In this document: piece after piece, positions 9,632 through 18,662 of the stretch
Numbering within the stretch: position 1 is the first letter of the stretch
Layout of the letters: every line of letters starts with the position of its first letter
Origin: an uncultured Clostridia bacterium
GTDB taxonomy: Bacteria; Bacillota; Clostridia; Oscillospirales; Ruminococcaceae
DNA: 64,000 bases
Assembly: GCA_944382875.1 (NCBI GenBank)
Contig: CALWNQ010000045.1
Location: forward strand, 13,275-77,274
Reading direction: 5' to 3'
Translations under genes and position numbers: made by a program
The notes under the pieces: generated by a model
Told to the model about the DNA's origin: nothing
The model's database searches: none
Seen by the model: the letters and a program-made list of their open reading frames with translations, nothing else

Positions 9632-10092
9632 CTTTTCCCCAAAAGTTTTCCACCGGGGTGGAAGAAAGACAGAAAGGCGCGGATATCTTTCGTTTTCGTA
9701 TCGTTTTGTTTTGTTTAGTTTTTTTTAAAGGAAGATATGGGGGTTTTTGTTCCGCTGTTGTTCCGCTTGTTCTTCCGTTCTGATTCCGTCTTTGTTCCGT
9801 TTTTCTTCCGGTTACTCGATGTGGAAAACCCGTGAAGCCCCGCCATTACTGGATTTGCGGGTTCCGAAACTTTCCCGCTTTTTTTCCGTAAAGTTCCCGT
9901 TATTTTCACCGCTTTTGTCCCGAAGGCCAAAATCAGCTGGAATTTTTCCACATTCCCACTTTCTGAATGTGAATTCCACGTGGGATGTGAAATTCTTTTC
10001 ACATTTTCACATGCTCTGTCCCGATAAGAAGATTATAGCACATTCCAAAGGGAATGTCAAGGCTTCGGAAAACGCACTCGAGTGTCCTTCTC
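9632..10092. other. AT-rich, T-skewed gene-free island between convergent genes
   Basis: Hand-counted GC is about 40% against about 60% in flanking genes. Neither strand has an ORF with plausible composition or RBS. Dense in direct and inverted repeats (see findings). Confidence 0.7.
9750..9899 (+). repeat. Helically phased TTCCG/TTCCCG repeat array (about 11-bp period)
   Basis: TTCCG at 9750, 9761, 9773, 9784, 9795 and 9806 (spacings 11, 12, 11, 11, 11). After a 56-bp gap (5 x 11.2) the motif recurs at 9862, 9872 (TTCCCG), 9884 and 9894 (TTCCCG). Each copy sits in a T-rich context. Confidence 0.75.
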
Positions 10093-10093
10093 C

Positions 10094-10126
10094 CAAAAAA
10101 AAGAGCAGGGACCAAATGGCCCCTGC
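10094..10126 (-). terminator. Intrinsic terminator of the FucI-family isomerase/mutarotase operon
   Basis: On the minus strand, GCAGGGGCC-ATTT-GGTCCCTGC (9 bp, one G-U) is followed by TCTTTTTTTTGGG. Begins 16 nt downstream of the stop at 10142. Confidence 0.65.
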
Positions 10127-10141
10127 CCGGAGTTTTTGGGT

Positions 10142-11623
10142 TTACGCGAACGGGTTTTCGTCCTTGTAGAGCATGGATTTCGGCTGGTTGAAGGCAACGT
10201 CTTCGATGCCGAGGAATTGAAAGATGCTCCAGAGCGCCTTGCCGCAGTGCGCGAAGGCAACCGCGCCGTGGTGCGGGTAGTGCTTGGCAATCAGCACATG
10301 GCGATAGAAGCGGCCCATTTCGGGGATGGCGAAGACACCGATGCCGCCGAACGAGTTGGTCGGAACGGGGAGGACTTCGCCCTCGGCGATGTAAGCCTGG
10401 AGGGTGGCGTCCGCGTTGCCGTGGAGCCGGAAGAAGGTGATCTCGCCGGGGGCAATGTCGCCTTCGAGGGTGCCGCGGGTGATGTCCGGGGTGCCGCCGT
10501 TTTCGAGGAGGCGGTTCTGGATGAGCTGGTATTTGATGCCGCCGTCACAGAGCTTGCAATTGGGGGTATTGCCGCAGTGGAAGCCCATGAACAGGTCGGT
10601 GTGGGCATAGGGATATTTACCTGCGATGCCGTCTTTGTACTGGTCGGCGGGAACCGAGTTGTTGATGTCGAGCAGAGTGACGGCATCTCCGGTAACGCAG
10701 GCGCCGATGTATTCGCTCAGCGCGCCGTAGATATCCACTTCGCAGGCAACCGGGATGCCGCGGGAAGCGAGCCGGCTGTTGACATAGCAGGGTTCAAAGC
10801 CGAATTCGTTCGGGAATGCCGGCCAGCATTTATTTGCAAAAACAACATATTCGCGGTCGCCCTTGTTAGCTTCTGCCCAGTCGAGAAGTGTCAGCTCATA
10901 CTGCGCCATCCGCTCGAGCAGGTCGGGGTACTGATTGCCCTTGCCGAGTTCGGCGGTCATATCCTCGATGACCGACGGGATGCGGGCGTCGTCCTTGTGG
11001 GCGCGGTAGCTGACCAGCAGGTCGAGCTCGGAGTTCTCCTGAATCTCGACGCCGAGGTCATAGAGCGGCTTGATGGGGGCGTTGCAGGCGAAGAAGTCCT
11101 GCGGACGGGGCCCAAAGGTGATGATCTTGAGATTTGCCACACCAATGAGCGCTTTTGCGACCGGCAGGAAATCCTTTGCCATCGCGGCGATGTCGTCGGC
11201 GGTGCCAACGGGATATTCGGGGATGTAGGCCGGGATTTTGCGCAGGCCAAGGTTGTACGAGCAGTTGAGCATGCCGCAGTAGGCGTCGCCGCGGCCGTTG
11301 ATGAGGTCCTTGCTGCTCTCTTCGGCGGCAGCCGCGTACATCACGGGGCCGTCAAAGTGTTTGGCAATCAGAGTTTCGGGGGTTTCGGGGCCAAAGTTGC
11401 CGAGGAAGACGATCAGCGCGTTGCAGCCGGCAGCCTTCACGTCGGCGACAGCTTTCTGCATGTCCTTTTCGCTTTCCACAGTAACCTTGCTCTCGTAAAG
11501 GTCAACGCCGATTTTGGCGCAGCTCTCAGTAATCGCGGCGCGGCGGCGTTCCGACAGCGAGATGACAAAGCAGTCGCGGCTGACGGCGATGAGGCCGAGC
11601 TTTACTTCCGGAATGTTTTTCAT
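10142..11623 (-). CDS. L-fucose/L-arabinose isomerase family protein
   Basis: About 493 aa. N-terminal KLGLIAVSRDCF...LIVFLGNFGPE and C-terminal GIPVACEVDIYGALSEY...FMGFHCGN resemble FucI-family sugar isomerases. Start set at ATG 11623, 6 nt after AAAGGAGAG; the track start at 11641 overlaps the RBS. Confidence 0.75.
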   Translation of the reverse strand: MKNIPEVKLGLIAVSRDCFVISLSERRRAAITESCAKIGVDLYESKVTVESEKDMQKAVADVKAAGCNALIVFLGNFGPETPETLIAKHFDGPVMYAAAAEESSKDLINGRGDAYCGMLNCSYNLGLRKIPAYIPEYPVGTADDIAAMAKDFLPVAKALIGVANLKIITFGPRPQDFFACNAPIKPLYDLGVEIQENSELDLLVSYRAHKDDARIPSVIEDMTAELGKGNQYPDLLERMAQYELTLLDWAEANKGDREYVVFANKCWPAFPNEFGFEPCYVNSRLASRGIPVACEVDIYGALSEYIGACVTGDAVTLLDINNSVPADQYKDGIAGKYPYAHTDLFMGFHCGNTPNCKLCDGGIKYQLIQNRLLENGGTPDITRGTLEGDIAPGEITFFRLHGNADATLQAYIAEGEVLPVPTNSFGGIGVFAIPEMGRFYRHVLIAKHYPHHGAVAFAHCGKALWSIFQFLGIEDVAFNQPKSMLYKDENPFA

Positions 11624-11644
11624 AGGGGACTCTCCTTTCACAAA

Positions 11645-12691
11645 TTACAGATTTCCAAAACGGTATTCGGTGATGGCGCGGAATTTTTCGCCGGCTTTGA
11701 GGATGGGCTGGGCGAAGTTTTCGCAGTGCAGCGCGTTGGGGAAATACTGGCTTTCGAGGCAGAAGCCGCAGCGGCGGCCGTTGGTCGATTTGCCCTTGCC
11801 GGGAAGGACGCCGTCGAGATAGTTGCCGGCATAGAACTGCATGCCGGGCAGAGTGGTGTAGCCGGTCAGGGTGATGCCGGTGGTTTCGTCGTAAGCGTAT
11901 GCCATCTTGCGGAGGGTGCCGGGCTGTCCGTCGATGATCCAGTTGTTGTCGTAGCCGCCGGCCCAGGCGATCTGTTCAAACGGGGTGTCGATGTCGTCGC
12001 CGATGCGGGTAGGCTGCCGCAGGTCCATCGGGGTGCCGTCCACAGCCGCAATGACGCCGTTGGGGATGGAAAGCTCGTCGGTCATGGTGTAGTAGGAGCC
12101 AAAGACCTGGATGTACTGATTGAGAACGTCGCCGCTGTCCTGTCCGGCCAGATTGAAGTAGCTGTGGTTGGTCAGATTGCAGACGGTGTCGGCGTCCGAA
12201 ACGGCCGAATAGTCGAGGGTGAGGGTGTTGTCGTCCGAAAGGGAGTAGCAGACGGTGACGCTGAGGTTTCCGGGGAAGCCCTCTTCGCCGTCAGGGCTCT
12301 TGTAAGTGAGTTTCAGGGTTTCGCCACAGACCTCGGCGGTCCAGACCTTGCGGTCAAAGCCGCATTTTCCGCCGTGGAGGTTGTTGCCGTTGTCGTTGTC
12401 AAAGAGCTTGTATTCTTTACCGTTCAGGGTAAAGCAAGCTTTGCCGATGCGGTTGGCGTGCCGTCCGATGAGGGCGCCCAGATATTTGTCGCCTTTTTCG
12501 TATTCGGCCAGCGTGTCGTAGCCCAGCACAATGTCCACCGGCTCGCCGTTGCGGTCGGGGACGCAGAGGGTGTGGAGGATGCCGCCGTAGGTGAGGATGC
12601 CGGCCTGTACCGAGCCGTTATCGAGGAGATAACGTTCCACCTGCCGGCCGTCGGCGGTGGTCCCGAAAAGTTCGCGTGTAATTTCTGTCAT
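11645..12691 (-). CDS. galM: Aldose 1-epimerase (galactose mutarotase family)
   Basis: 348 aa. Motifs GRHANRI, NNLHGG, TNHSYFNL and FCLESQ are typical of aldose 1-epimerases. Confidence 0.85.
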   Translation of the reverse strand: MTEITRELFGTTADGRQVERYLLDNGSVQAGILTYGGILHTLCVPDRNGEPVDIVLGYDTLAEYEKGDKYLGALIGRHANRIGKACFTLNGKEYKLFDNDNGNNLHGGKCGFDRKVWTAEVCGETLKLTYKSPDGEEGFPGNLSVTVCYSLSDDNTLTLDYSAVSDADTVCNLTNHSYFNLAGQDSGDVLNQYIQVFGSYYTMTDELSIPNGVIAAVDGTPMDLRQPTRIGDDIDTPFEQIAWAGGYDNNWIIDGQPGTLRKMAYAYDETTGITLTGYTTLPGMQFYAGNYLDGVLPGKGKSTNGRRCGFCLESQYFPNALHCENFAQPILKAGEKFRAITEYRFGNL

Positions 12692-12896
12692 AAAAGTGCC
12701 TCCTGTTCATGTGTCCGTGCACATCTCAATAGCACCAAAATACCACATCCAGGGCAATCTGTCAATAGAATTTTGCGGAAATTCTTGACAAACTTTGCTT
12801 TCAATGCTTTAATAAAGTTAAACGTGTGCCGGGGCACAACTTTTTTGAAAAAAGGACCCCGCACACCTTTTCCGGAACGAGAGGGAGGTGCTTGGT

Positions 12897-13919
12897 ATGT
12901 CGGTGACGATCCGGCAGATTTCGGAGTTGAGCGGCGTGTCGCGCGGGACGGTGGACCGGGTGCTGAACGGGCGCGGGCGCGTCAGCCCGGAGAAGGAAGC
13001 GCTGGTCCGGCGGGTAGCGGAACAGCTGGGGTATAAACCGAACCTGGCGGGAAAGGCGCTTGCCGCAAGGAAAAAATCCTATACGGTGGGGGTGCTGCTC
13101 ACGGCGGAGGGCGTTTCCTTTTTTGATGAGGTTATCCGCGGGGTGGAACAGGCCGCAAAAGCGCTTGCCGACTACGGGATCACAGTGCTGGTCGAGCGGA
13201 TCAAAGGCTACGATGTATCGGTGCAGCTTGCCGGGATCGAAAAGCTCCGGCGGAAGGTCAATGTCCTGATTTTAAACCCGATTAACGAGCCGGAAATTGC
13301 CGCGGCGCTGAATTCACTGGCGGAGGAAGGAAAGGCGGTTATCACCCTGAATACCGACATTGAGGGGAGCCGGCGGCTCTGCTACATCGGGCCGGATTAT
13401 CCGCGGAGCGGCCGTGCGGCATGTGGAATGATGGGGCTTTTGCTGGGCGGAAAGGGCAGGATTGGGGTGTTCACCGGTTCGGTTCGGATCCTGGGGCACA
13501 ATCAGCGGGTGGCCGGCGTCCGGGAGGTTATCCGGGAGCGCTTCCCGGAAATGACGGTCGAGGATATCGACGAAACGGGCGACGATGACGCGGTGGCCTA
13601 CCGTGCGGCGCAGCGGATGCTCCGGGAACACGGCGGGCTGGACGGACTGATCCTGGTGGCGGCGGGAAGCGCGGGCGTCTGCCGTGCGGTGCTGGAGCTG
13701 CCGGCGGGGGAGCGTCCCCGGATTGTGGCGATGGACAGTGTCCCGTCCACAGTGGAGATGCTCAAAATCGGAGTGATCCAGGCCACCGTCTGCCAGCAGC
13801 CGTACCAGCAGGGCTATCAGGCGGTGCAGCTGGCCTTTCAGTACCTGGTCCAGGGGGAGCCCCCTCGGACAGAACGCATTTTTATGGAAACCGAAATCCG
13901 CATCCGGGAAACAGTATAA
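12897..13919 (+). CDS. LacI-family transcriptional regulator
   Basis: N-terminal HTH (TIRQISELSGVSRGTVDRVLNGRGRVS) followed by a periplasmic-binding-protein-like sugar-binding fold. Start at ATG 12897 behind GAGGGAGG. Confidence 0.85.
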   Translation: MSVTIRQISELSGVSRGTVDRVLNGRGRVSPEKEALVRRVAEQLGYKPNLAGKALAARKKSYTVGVLLTAEGVSFFDEVIRGVEQAAKALADYGITVLVERIKGYDVSVQLAGIEKLRRKVNVLILNPINEPEIAAALNSLAEEGKAVITLNTDIEGSRRLCYIGPDYPRSGRAACGMMGLLLGGKGRIGVFTGSVRILGHNQRVAGVREVIRERFPEMTVEDIDETGDDDAVAYRAAQRMLREHGGLDGLILVAAGSAGVCRAVLELPAGERPRIVAMDSVPSTVEMLKIGVIQATVCQQPYQQGYQAVQLAFQYLVQGEPPRTERIFMETEIRIRETV

Positions 13920-13937
13920 AACGGAGGGAGTTTTAGT

Positions 13938-15461
13938 ATGAATTACATCATCGGAATCGACCTTGGCACATCGGCGACCAAAACGGTTTTGTTTGACGAG
14001 GAGTGCAATGTGGTAGCTTCGGCCAGCATGGAGTACCCGCTCTATCAGCCGCAGAACGGCTGGGCGGAGCAGGATCCTGCCGACTGGAAACGCGCGGGGC
14101 TTGCAACCATAAAAGAAGTGCTCGAAAAATCGGGCGTTTCGGGCGAAGACGTTAAAGGGATCGGCCTTTCGGGACAGATGCACGGCCTTGTCATGCTGGA
14201 TGAGAAAAATGAGGTCATCCGTCCGTCGATCATCTGGTGTGACCAGCGGACCGGTGCCGAATGTGAGGAAATCACCCAAAAGGTTGGCCGCGAGCGGCTG
14301 ATCGAGATCACCGCCAACCCGGCGCTGACCGGCTTTACCGCCTCAAAGATCCTGTGGGTGCGCAACCACGAGCCGGAAAATTACGCGCGCTGCCGCCACA
14401 TCCTGCTGCCAAAAGATTACCTGCGCTTTGTCCTGACCGGCGTCTACGCCACCGAGGTTTCAGACGCGAGCGGCATGCAGCTCCTTGACATCCCAAACCG
14501 CTGCTGGTCGGACGAGGTGCTCGAAAAGCTGGATATCGACAAATCGCTGCTGGCCAAAGTCTACGAGTCCCCCGAAGTTACCGGCACCATTCTCCCCGAA
14601 ATCGCGGAGCTGACCGGCCTTTCCACCAAAACCGTCGTTGTAGGAGGCGCGGGTGACAACGCAGCCGCCGCGGTCGGGACCGGCGTTGTGGAGGACGGCC
14701 GCGCCTTTACCACCATCGGGACGAGCGGCGTCGTCTATGCGCACAGCTCTAAAATTGCCATCGATCCCAAAGGCCGCGTTCACACTTTCTGCTGCGCGGT
14801 GCCGGGCTGCTGGCATGTGATGGGTGTTACCCAGGGCGCCGGGCTTTCGCTCAAATGGTTCCGGGACAACTTCTGTCAAAATTACATCCAGAAAGCGAAA
14901 GAGGAGGGCGTTGACCCCTATTACCTGATGGATCAGGACGCCGCCGCTGTCCCCGCCGGAAGCAGACGGCTTTTCTACCTGCCCTACCTGATGGGCGAGC
15001 GGACGCCGCACCTCGATCCCGATTGCCGGGGCGTATTTTTCGGACTTTCGGCCATCCATGGCCAGCCGGAACTGATTCGTGCGGTAATGGAGGGCGTTTC
15101 CTATTCGCTGTCCGACTGCTATGAGATCCTCTGCGGCATGGGCGTCAAACCGGAGGAGATGATGGCCTGCGGAGGCGGCGGTACAAGCGCGCTCTGGCGG
15201 CAGATGCTCGCGGATATGTTTGGCTGCACCGTGAAAACAGTCGCATCCAAAGAAGGACCGGCGCTCGGCGTGGCGATTCTGGCCGGAGTTGGCGCGGGGA
15301 TGTTCCCCAGTGTGCCGGAAGCTTGCCGCAAATTCATCCGGGAGGGCAAACGCTGCGAGCCGGAGGCCGAGTCCCGCGCGTTCTACCAGAAGGCGCACCC
15401 GCTTTACCAAAAGCTCTACGCCGATCTGAAAGAGGATTTTGCCGCCCTTTCTACCCTGTAA
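13938..15461 (+). CDS. xylB: FGGY-family carbohydrate kinase, xylulokinase-like
   Basis: 507 aa. IGIDLGTSATKTVLFD, GLSGQMHGLV, IIWCDQRT and GGGGTSALWRQMLADMFG are typical of xylulokinases. Confidence 0.8.
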   Translation: MNYIIGIDLGTSATKTVLFDEECNVVASASMEYPLYQPQNGWAEQDPADWKRAGLATIKEVLEKSGVSGEDVKGIGLSGQMHGLVMLDEKNEVIRPSIIWCDQRTGAECEEITQKVGRERLIEITANPALTGFTASKILWVRNHEPENYARCRHILLPKDYLRFVLTGVYATEVSDASGMQLLDIPNRCWSDEVLEKLDIDKSLLAKVYESPEVTGTILPEIAELTGLSTKTVVVGGAGDNAAAAVGTGVVEDGRAFTTIGTSGVVYAHSSKIAIDPKGRVHTFCCAVPGCWHVMGVTQGAGLSLKWFRDNFCQNYIQKAKEEGVDPYYLMDQDAAAVPAGSRRLFYLPYLMGERTPHLDPDCRGVFFGLSAIHGQPELIRAVMEGVSYSLSDCYEILCGMGVKPEEMMACGGGGTSALWRQMLADMFGCTVKTVASKEGPALGVAILAGVGAGMFPSVPEACRKFIREGKRCEPEAESRAFYQKAHPLYQKLYADLKEDFAALSTL

Positions 15462-15494
15462 AGAAAAGAAAACCCTCCGGCCAAAAGCCGGAGG
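15460..15494 (-). terminator. Intrinsic terminator between the convergent xylB and mreB genes
   Basis: CCTCCGGC-N5-GCCGGAGG hairpin. On the minus strand it is followed by GGTTTTCTTTTCTTT. The plus-strand side has only a weak T tract. Confidence 0.65.
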
Positions 15495-15534
15495 ATTCGT
15501 TGCAAATAAAAGTAACAGAAAGCTCCCAAATTGC

Positions 15535-16551
15535 TTAGTGGGAATAGGTTGCGGCGTTCTCAAAGCCCTCTTTGAGTTCGCCCATGCTGTTGAAGCAGGT
15601 GCCGGTGCCGATGCCGACGCAGCGGACAGGATCCTCTGCCAGCCGGGTGGAGATCCCGGTATTTTCCTCAATCAGAGCGGCCAGTCCCTGCATCAGCGAG
15701 GTGCCGCCGGTCATCAGGATGCCGTTTTCATGGATATCGCCGATCAGTTCCGGGGGCGTCCGTTCGAGAACATTGCGGACCGCCATCACAATTTCGGCGG
15801 CGTAGGGGCGTAAAACTTCGAATAGCTCGGATTGGGTGATGGTGATCTGCTCCGGATAGCCGGTGAGCAGGTTGCGTCCCTTAACCTGTGCGGTCACCGA
15901 TTCTTTGGGATCAAAGACGCAGCCGATCTCCTTTTTCAGGGTTTCGGCCACCTTGGTGCCGATGGCGAGCTTATAGGTGTTCTGGATGTACTTGATGATA
16001 GCTTCATCGAAGGTGTTGCCGGCCACCCGCAGCGAGTTGGAGGTGACGATGCCGCCCAGCGAAATAACCGCCACATCGGTGGTGCCGCCGCCCGAGTCAA
16101 TCATCATGTGTCCTTCGGGGCGTGTGACGTCGATACCGGCGCCGATGGCAGCTGCGAGCGGCTCGTCCACCAGATAGACCTGGCGTGCGCCGGCGCTCAT
16201 TGCGGCGTCGACGACGGCGCGGGCCTCCACGTGGGTGATGGCCGAGGGGATGCAGATGGCAATCCGCGGTTTGATGAGATAGCTTCTGGTCACTTTGCGG
16301 ACGAATTCCTTGACCAGGTATTCAGTGTAAAGGTGGTCGGAGATGACGCCATCCCGGATGGGGCATTCCGTTTGGATGTAGGCGGGCGTTTTGCCGAGCA
16401 TGGCGAGCGCTTCGTGGCCCACGGCGACAACTTTACCGGAACGGGTATTGTAGGCGACAACGCTCGGCTCTTCGAGCACGATGCCTTTGTCGCGGCGATA
16501 AATAATAATTTTGGTAGTCCCAAGGTCGATTCCCAAATCGACACCAGCCAT
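15535..16551 (-). CDS. mreB: Rod-shape-determining actin homolog MreB/Mbl
   Basis: GIDLGTTK, DEPLAAAIGAG, MIDSGGGTTDVAVISLGG and LTGGTSL motifs. Start set at ATG 16551 behind AAAGGAGGAG. Confidence 0.9.
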   Translation of the reverse strand: MAGVDLGIDLGTTKIIIYRRDKGIVLEEPSVVAYNTRSGKVVAVGHEALAMLGKTPAYIQTECPIRDGVISDHLYTEYLVKEFVRKVTRSYLIKPRIAICIPSAITHVEARAVVDAAMSAGARQVYLVDEPLAAAIGAGIDVTRPEGHMMIDSGGGTTDVAVISLGGIVTSNSLRVAGNTFDEAIIKYIQNTYKLAIGTKVAETLKKEIGCVFDPKESVTAQVKGRNLLTGYPEQITITQSELFEVLRPYAAEIVMAVRNVLERTPPELIGDIHENGILMTGGTSLMQGLAALIEENTGISTRLAEDPVRCVGIGTGTCFNSMGELKEGFENAATYSH

Positions 16552-16739
16552 GGAAACTCCTCCTTTTGCAAACAGGTATACCATTATTATACCGCAAATG
16601 GGATGGGATTTCCAATAAAATCCGGTCGAATCGAGAATTTTTTACAATTTCCCTGAATTTTGTGACTTTTCAACCGGATAACAAAAAATTTTTTAGCAAA
16701 ACACACAAAGCGAATTTTATGTAGAAAGGTCGATGCAGA

Positions 16740-17612
16740 ATGGAATGGCAGCAGATGATGGACAGATTAAAAAGCCCCGGAATTGTCCCGGTCATCCGGA
16801 TTGAGGAGGAAGCGCAGGCGGCGCCGCTTGCAAAGGCGCTCTGCCGGGGCGGACTGCCACTGGCCGAGGTGACCTTCCGGACCAAAGCGGCGGCGGGCGC
16901 GATTGCGCGGATGCGGGAAGCCTGTCCTGAAATGCTGCTGGGCGCCGGGACAGTGCTCACCCCGGAGCAGGCGGCAAGCGCGGTCGAAGCGGGGGCATCG
17001 TTTATCGTGTCGCCGGGGCTCAATCCGGCGGTTGTCGAGTGGTGTCAGGGCCGTGGTGTCCCGGTGATTCCCGGCTGCGCCACCGCCACCGAGATGGAAG
17101 CCGCCCTGCGGCTGGGGCTGACGGCGGTGAAATTCTTCCCGGCCGAGGCTGCGGGCGGCTTAAAGGTCCTCAAAGCGCTCTCGGCTCCGTATGGTGGGCT
17201 GCGGTTCATGCCGACTGGCGGCGTCACCCCCGAAAACATGGGCGAGTACCTGAAATTCGGGCCGGTTTTCTGCTGCGGCGGAAGCTTCATTGTGCCGGAC
17301 GCGCTGCTGCGGGCGGGCGATTTTGCCGGCATCGAGGAGATTGCGCGGCGGACGGTCGCGGCTATTTTTGATTTCCGCATCGAGTCGGCTGGCTTTTTTG
17401 GGGAGAAGGGCCCCGCACACCTTTTCGGGGAACTGTTTGCGGGGAATCCGGGAGAAGTGACCGTTTCCACCCCGCAGCTTTCGCGCGCGCTGCTTTTCCT
17501 GATGCAAAACGGCGCGGAGATGGCCGAAACGGAACAGGACGACGCGGGCAAGATCTGCGCGGCGCGTCTGGAAACGGGCGAGGGCGCCAGACTCTGGCTC
17601 CGGCAGCGATAG
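16740..17612 (+). CDS. eda: KDPG/KHG aldolase with an extra C-terminal segment of about 75 aa
   Basis: Residues 1-210 carry the Eda fold motifs (PVIRI, EVTFRT, GAGTVL, and VKFFPAE containing the Schiff-base Lys, MPTGGV). Residues about 215-290 have no counterpart in canonical 205-215-aa Eda proteins. Confidence 0.8.
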   Translation: MEWQQMMDRLKSPGIVPVIRIEEEAQAAPLAKALCRGGLPLAEVTFRTKAAAGAIARMREACPEMLLGAGTVLTPEQAASAVEAGASFIVSPGLNPAVVEWCQGRGVPVIPGCATATEMEAALRLGLTAVKFFPAEAAGGLKVLKALSAPYGGLRFMPTGGVTPENMGEYLKFGPVFCCGGSFIVPDALLRAGDFAGIEEIARRTVAAIFDFRIESAGFFGEKGPAHLFGELFAGNPGEVTVSTPQLSRALLFLMQNGAEMAETEQDDAGKICAARLETGEGARLWLRQR

Positions 17613-17624
17613 GAGGAATAGAAA

Positions 17625-18644
17625 ATGAAATTTGTAACATTCGGGGAGCTTCTGCTCCGTCTTTCCCCGGAGGGTGTGGGACGGTTTGTCCAGGCCGACC
17701 GGTTCGGCGCGGTGTTCGGCGGCGGCGAAGCCAATGTGGCGGTGGCGCTTGCCCAGTTTGGGGAGGAGGCGGCCTTTGTCAGCCGGCTTCCGGCTCACGG
17801 CATCGGGGAAGCGGCAATCTGCGCGCTGCGGAAGTACGGCGTGGATGTTCGGGAAGTGCAGCGGGGCGGCAGCCGGATTGGCATTTATTTTCTCGAAAAA
17901 GGGATGGCGCAGCGTCCTTCGGTCGTCGTCTACGACCGGGCGGGCTCGGCTTTTGCGGAGGCGAAAGCTTCGGATTTCGACTGGGAGAAAATTTTGCGCG
18001 GAGCCGACTGGTTCCATTTTTCGGGCATTACGGCGGCGCTGTCACCCGAGCTTGCCAAAGCCTGTGAAGAAGGCGCTGCGGCTGCTCATCGGATGGGGCT
18101 CCGGGTGAGCTGCGACCTGAACTATCGCTCCAAGCTCTGGACAGAGGAGCAGGCACGCCCGGTTTTGCAGCGGCTTGTCCGGAGCGCGGACCTTCTCATC
18201 GGCAATGAGGAGCACATTGGCTCCATGCTGGAAATTGACCTTTCCCGGTTTGAACGCGAGGAAACCAACCTCTGCCGGGAAGGCTGCGAAGCGGTGGCGG
18301 CCGAGGTGACGGCGCGGTACGGCTGCAAAACGGTGGCGATCACCCAGCGGCGGAGCATCACAGCCTGCGAAAACAAGTTCCGCGCCTTTCTGCGGCGCGG
18401 CAGCGAGAGCGCGATGTCGCCGCGGTACACCATTCAGATTGCCGACCGTGTCGGTTCGGGGGACGCCTTTGCAGCCGGCATCCTTTACACCGAAGCGGAG
18501 GGCTTTGCGGTGCAGCATGCGGTGGATTTCGCGGCGGCGTCCTGCTGCCTCAAACACAGCGTCGAGGGGGATTTCTCCCTGATGACGGCGGCCGAGGTGG
18601 AAGCGCTCGCTTCGGGCGGCGGTAGCGGCGCCGTCCAGCGCTGA
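17625..18644 (+). CDS. kdgK: PfkB-family sugar kinase, 2-dehydro-3-deoxygluconokinase-like
   Basis: 339 aa. N-terminal GGGEANVAVAL and C-terminal VGSGDAFAAGILY (PfkB signature 2). Adjacent to eda. Confidence 0.8.
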   Translation: MKFVTFGELLLRLSPEGVGRFVQADRFGAVFGGGEANVAVALAQFGEEAAFVSRLPAHGIGEAAICALRKYGVDVREVQRGGSRIGIYFLEKGMAQRPSVVVYDRAGSAFAEAKASDFDWEKILRGADWFHFSGITAALSPELAKACEEGAAAAHRMGLRVSCDLNYRSKLWTEEQARPVLQRLVRSADLLIGNEEHIGSMLEIDLSRFEREETNLCREGCEAVAAEVTARYGCKTVAITQRRSITACENKFRAFLRRGSESAMSPRYTIQIADRVGSGDAFAAGILYTEAEGFAVQHAVDFAAASCCLKHSVEGDFSLMTAAEVEALASGGGSGAVQR

Positions 18645-18662
18645 ACAAAGGGAGGAATCGGA

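Noticed and set aside
9820-9952. The DnaA-box-like TTTTCCACA pair as evidence for a replication origin.
   Set aside because: Only two one-mismatch boxes plus weaker variants are present. There is no dnaA/dnaN nearby and no AT-rich 13-mer/DUE-type unwinding element that I can define. At most this is a secondary DnaA-box cluster, and it is kept only as part of the island finding.
9715-10169. ORFs in the AT-rich island: 9715-10002 minus strand (95 aa) and 9747-10169 plus strand (140 aa).
   Set aside because: The minus-strand product is just the read-out of the CGGAA repeat (NGTKTESERKNKRNN). The plus-strand product is Ser/Phe/Cys-rich and runs through a terminator into the next gene. Neither has an RBS.
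10082-13036. 984-aa plus-strand ORF spanning the isomerase and mutarotase genes.
   Set aside because: It is antisense to two genes with clear family motifs. The translation is Gly/Ala/Val/Asp-rich low-information sequence, typical of high-GC shadow ORFs.
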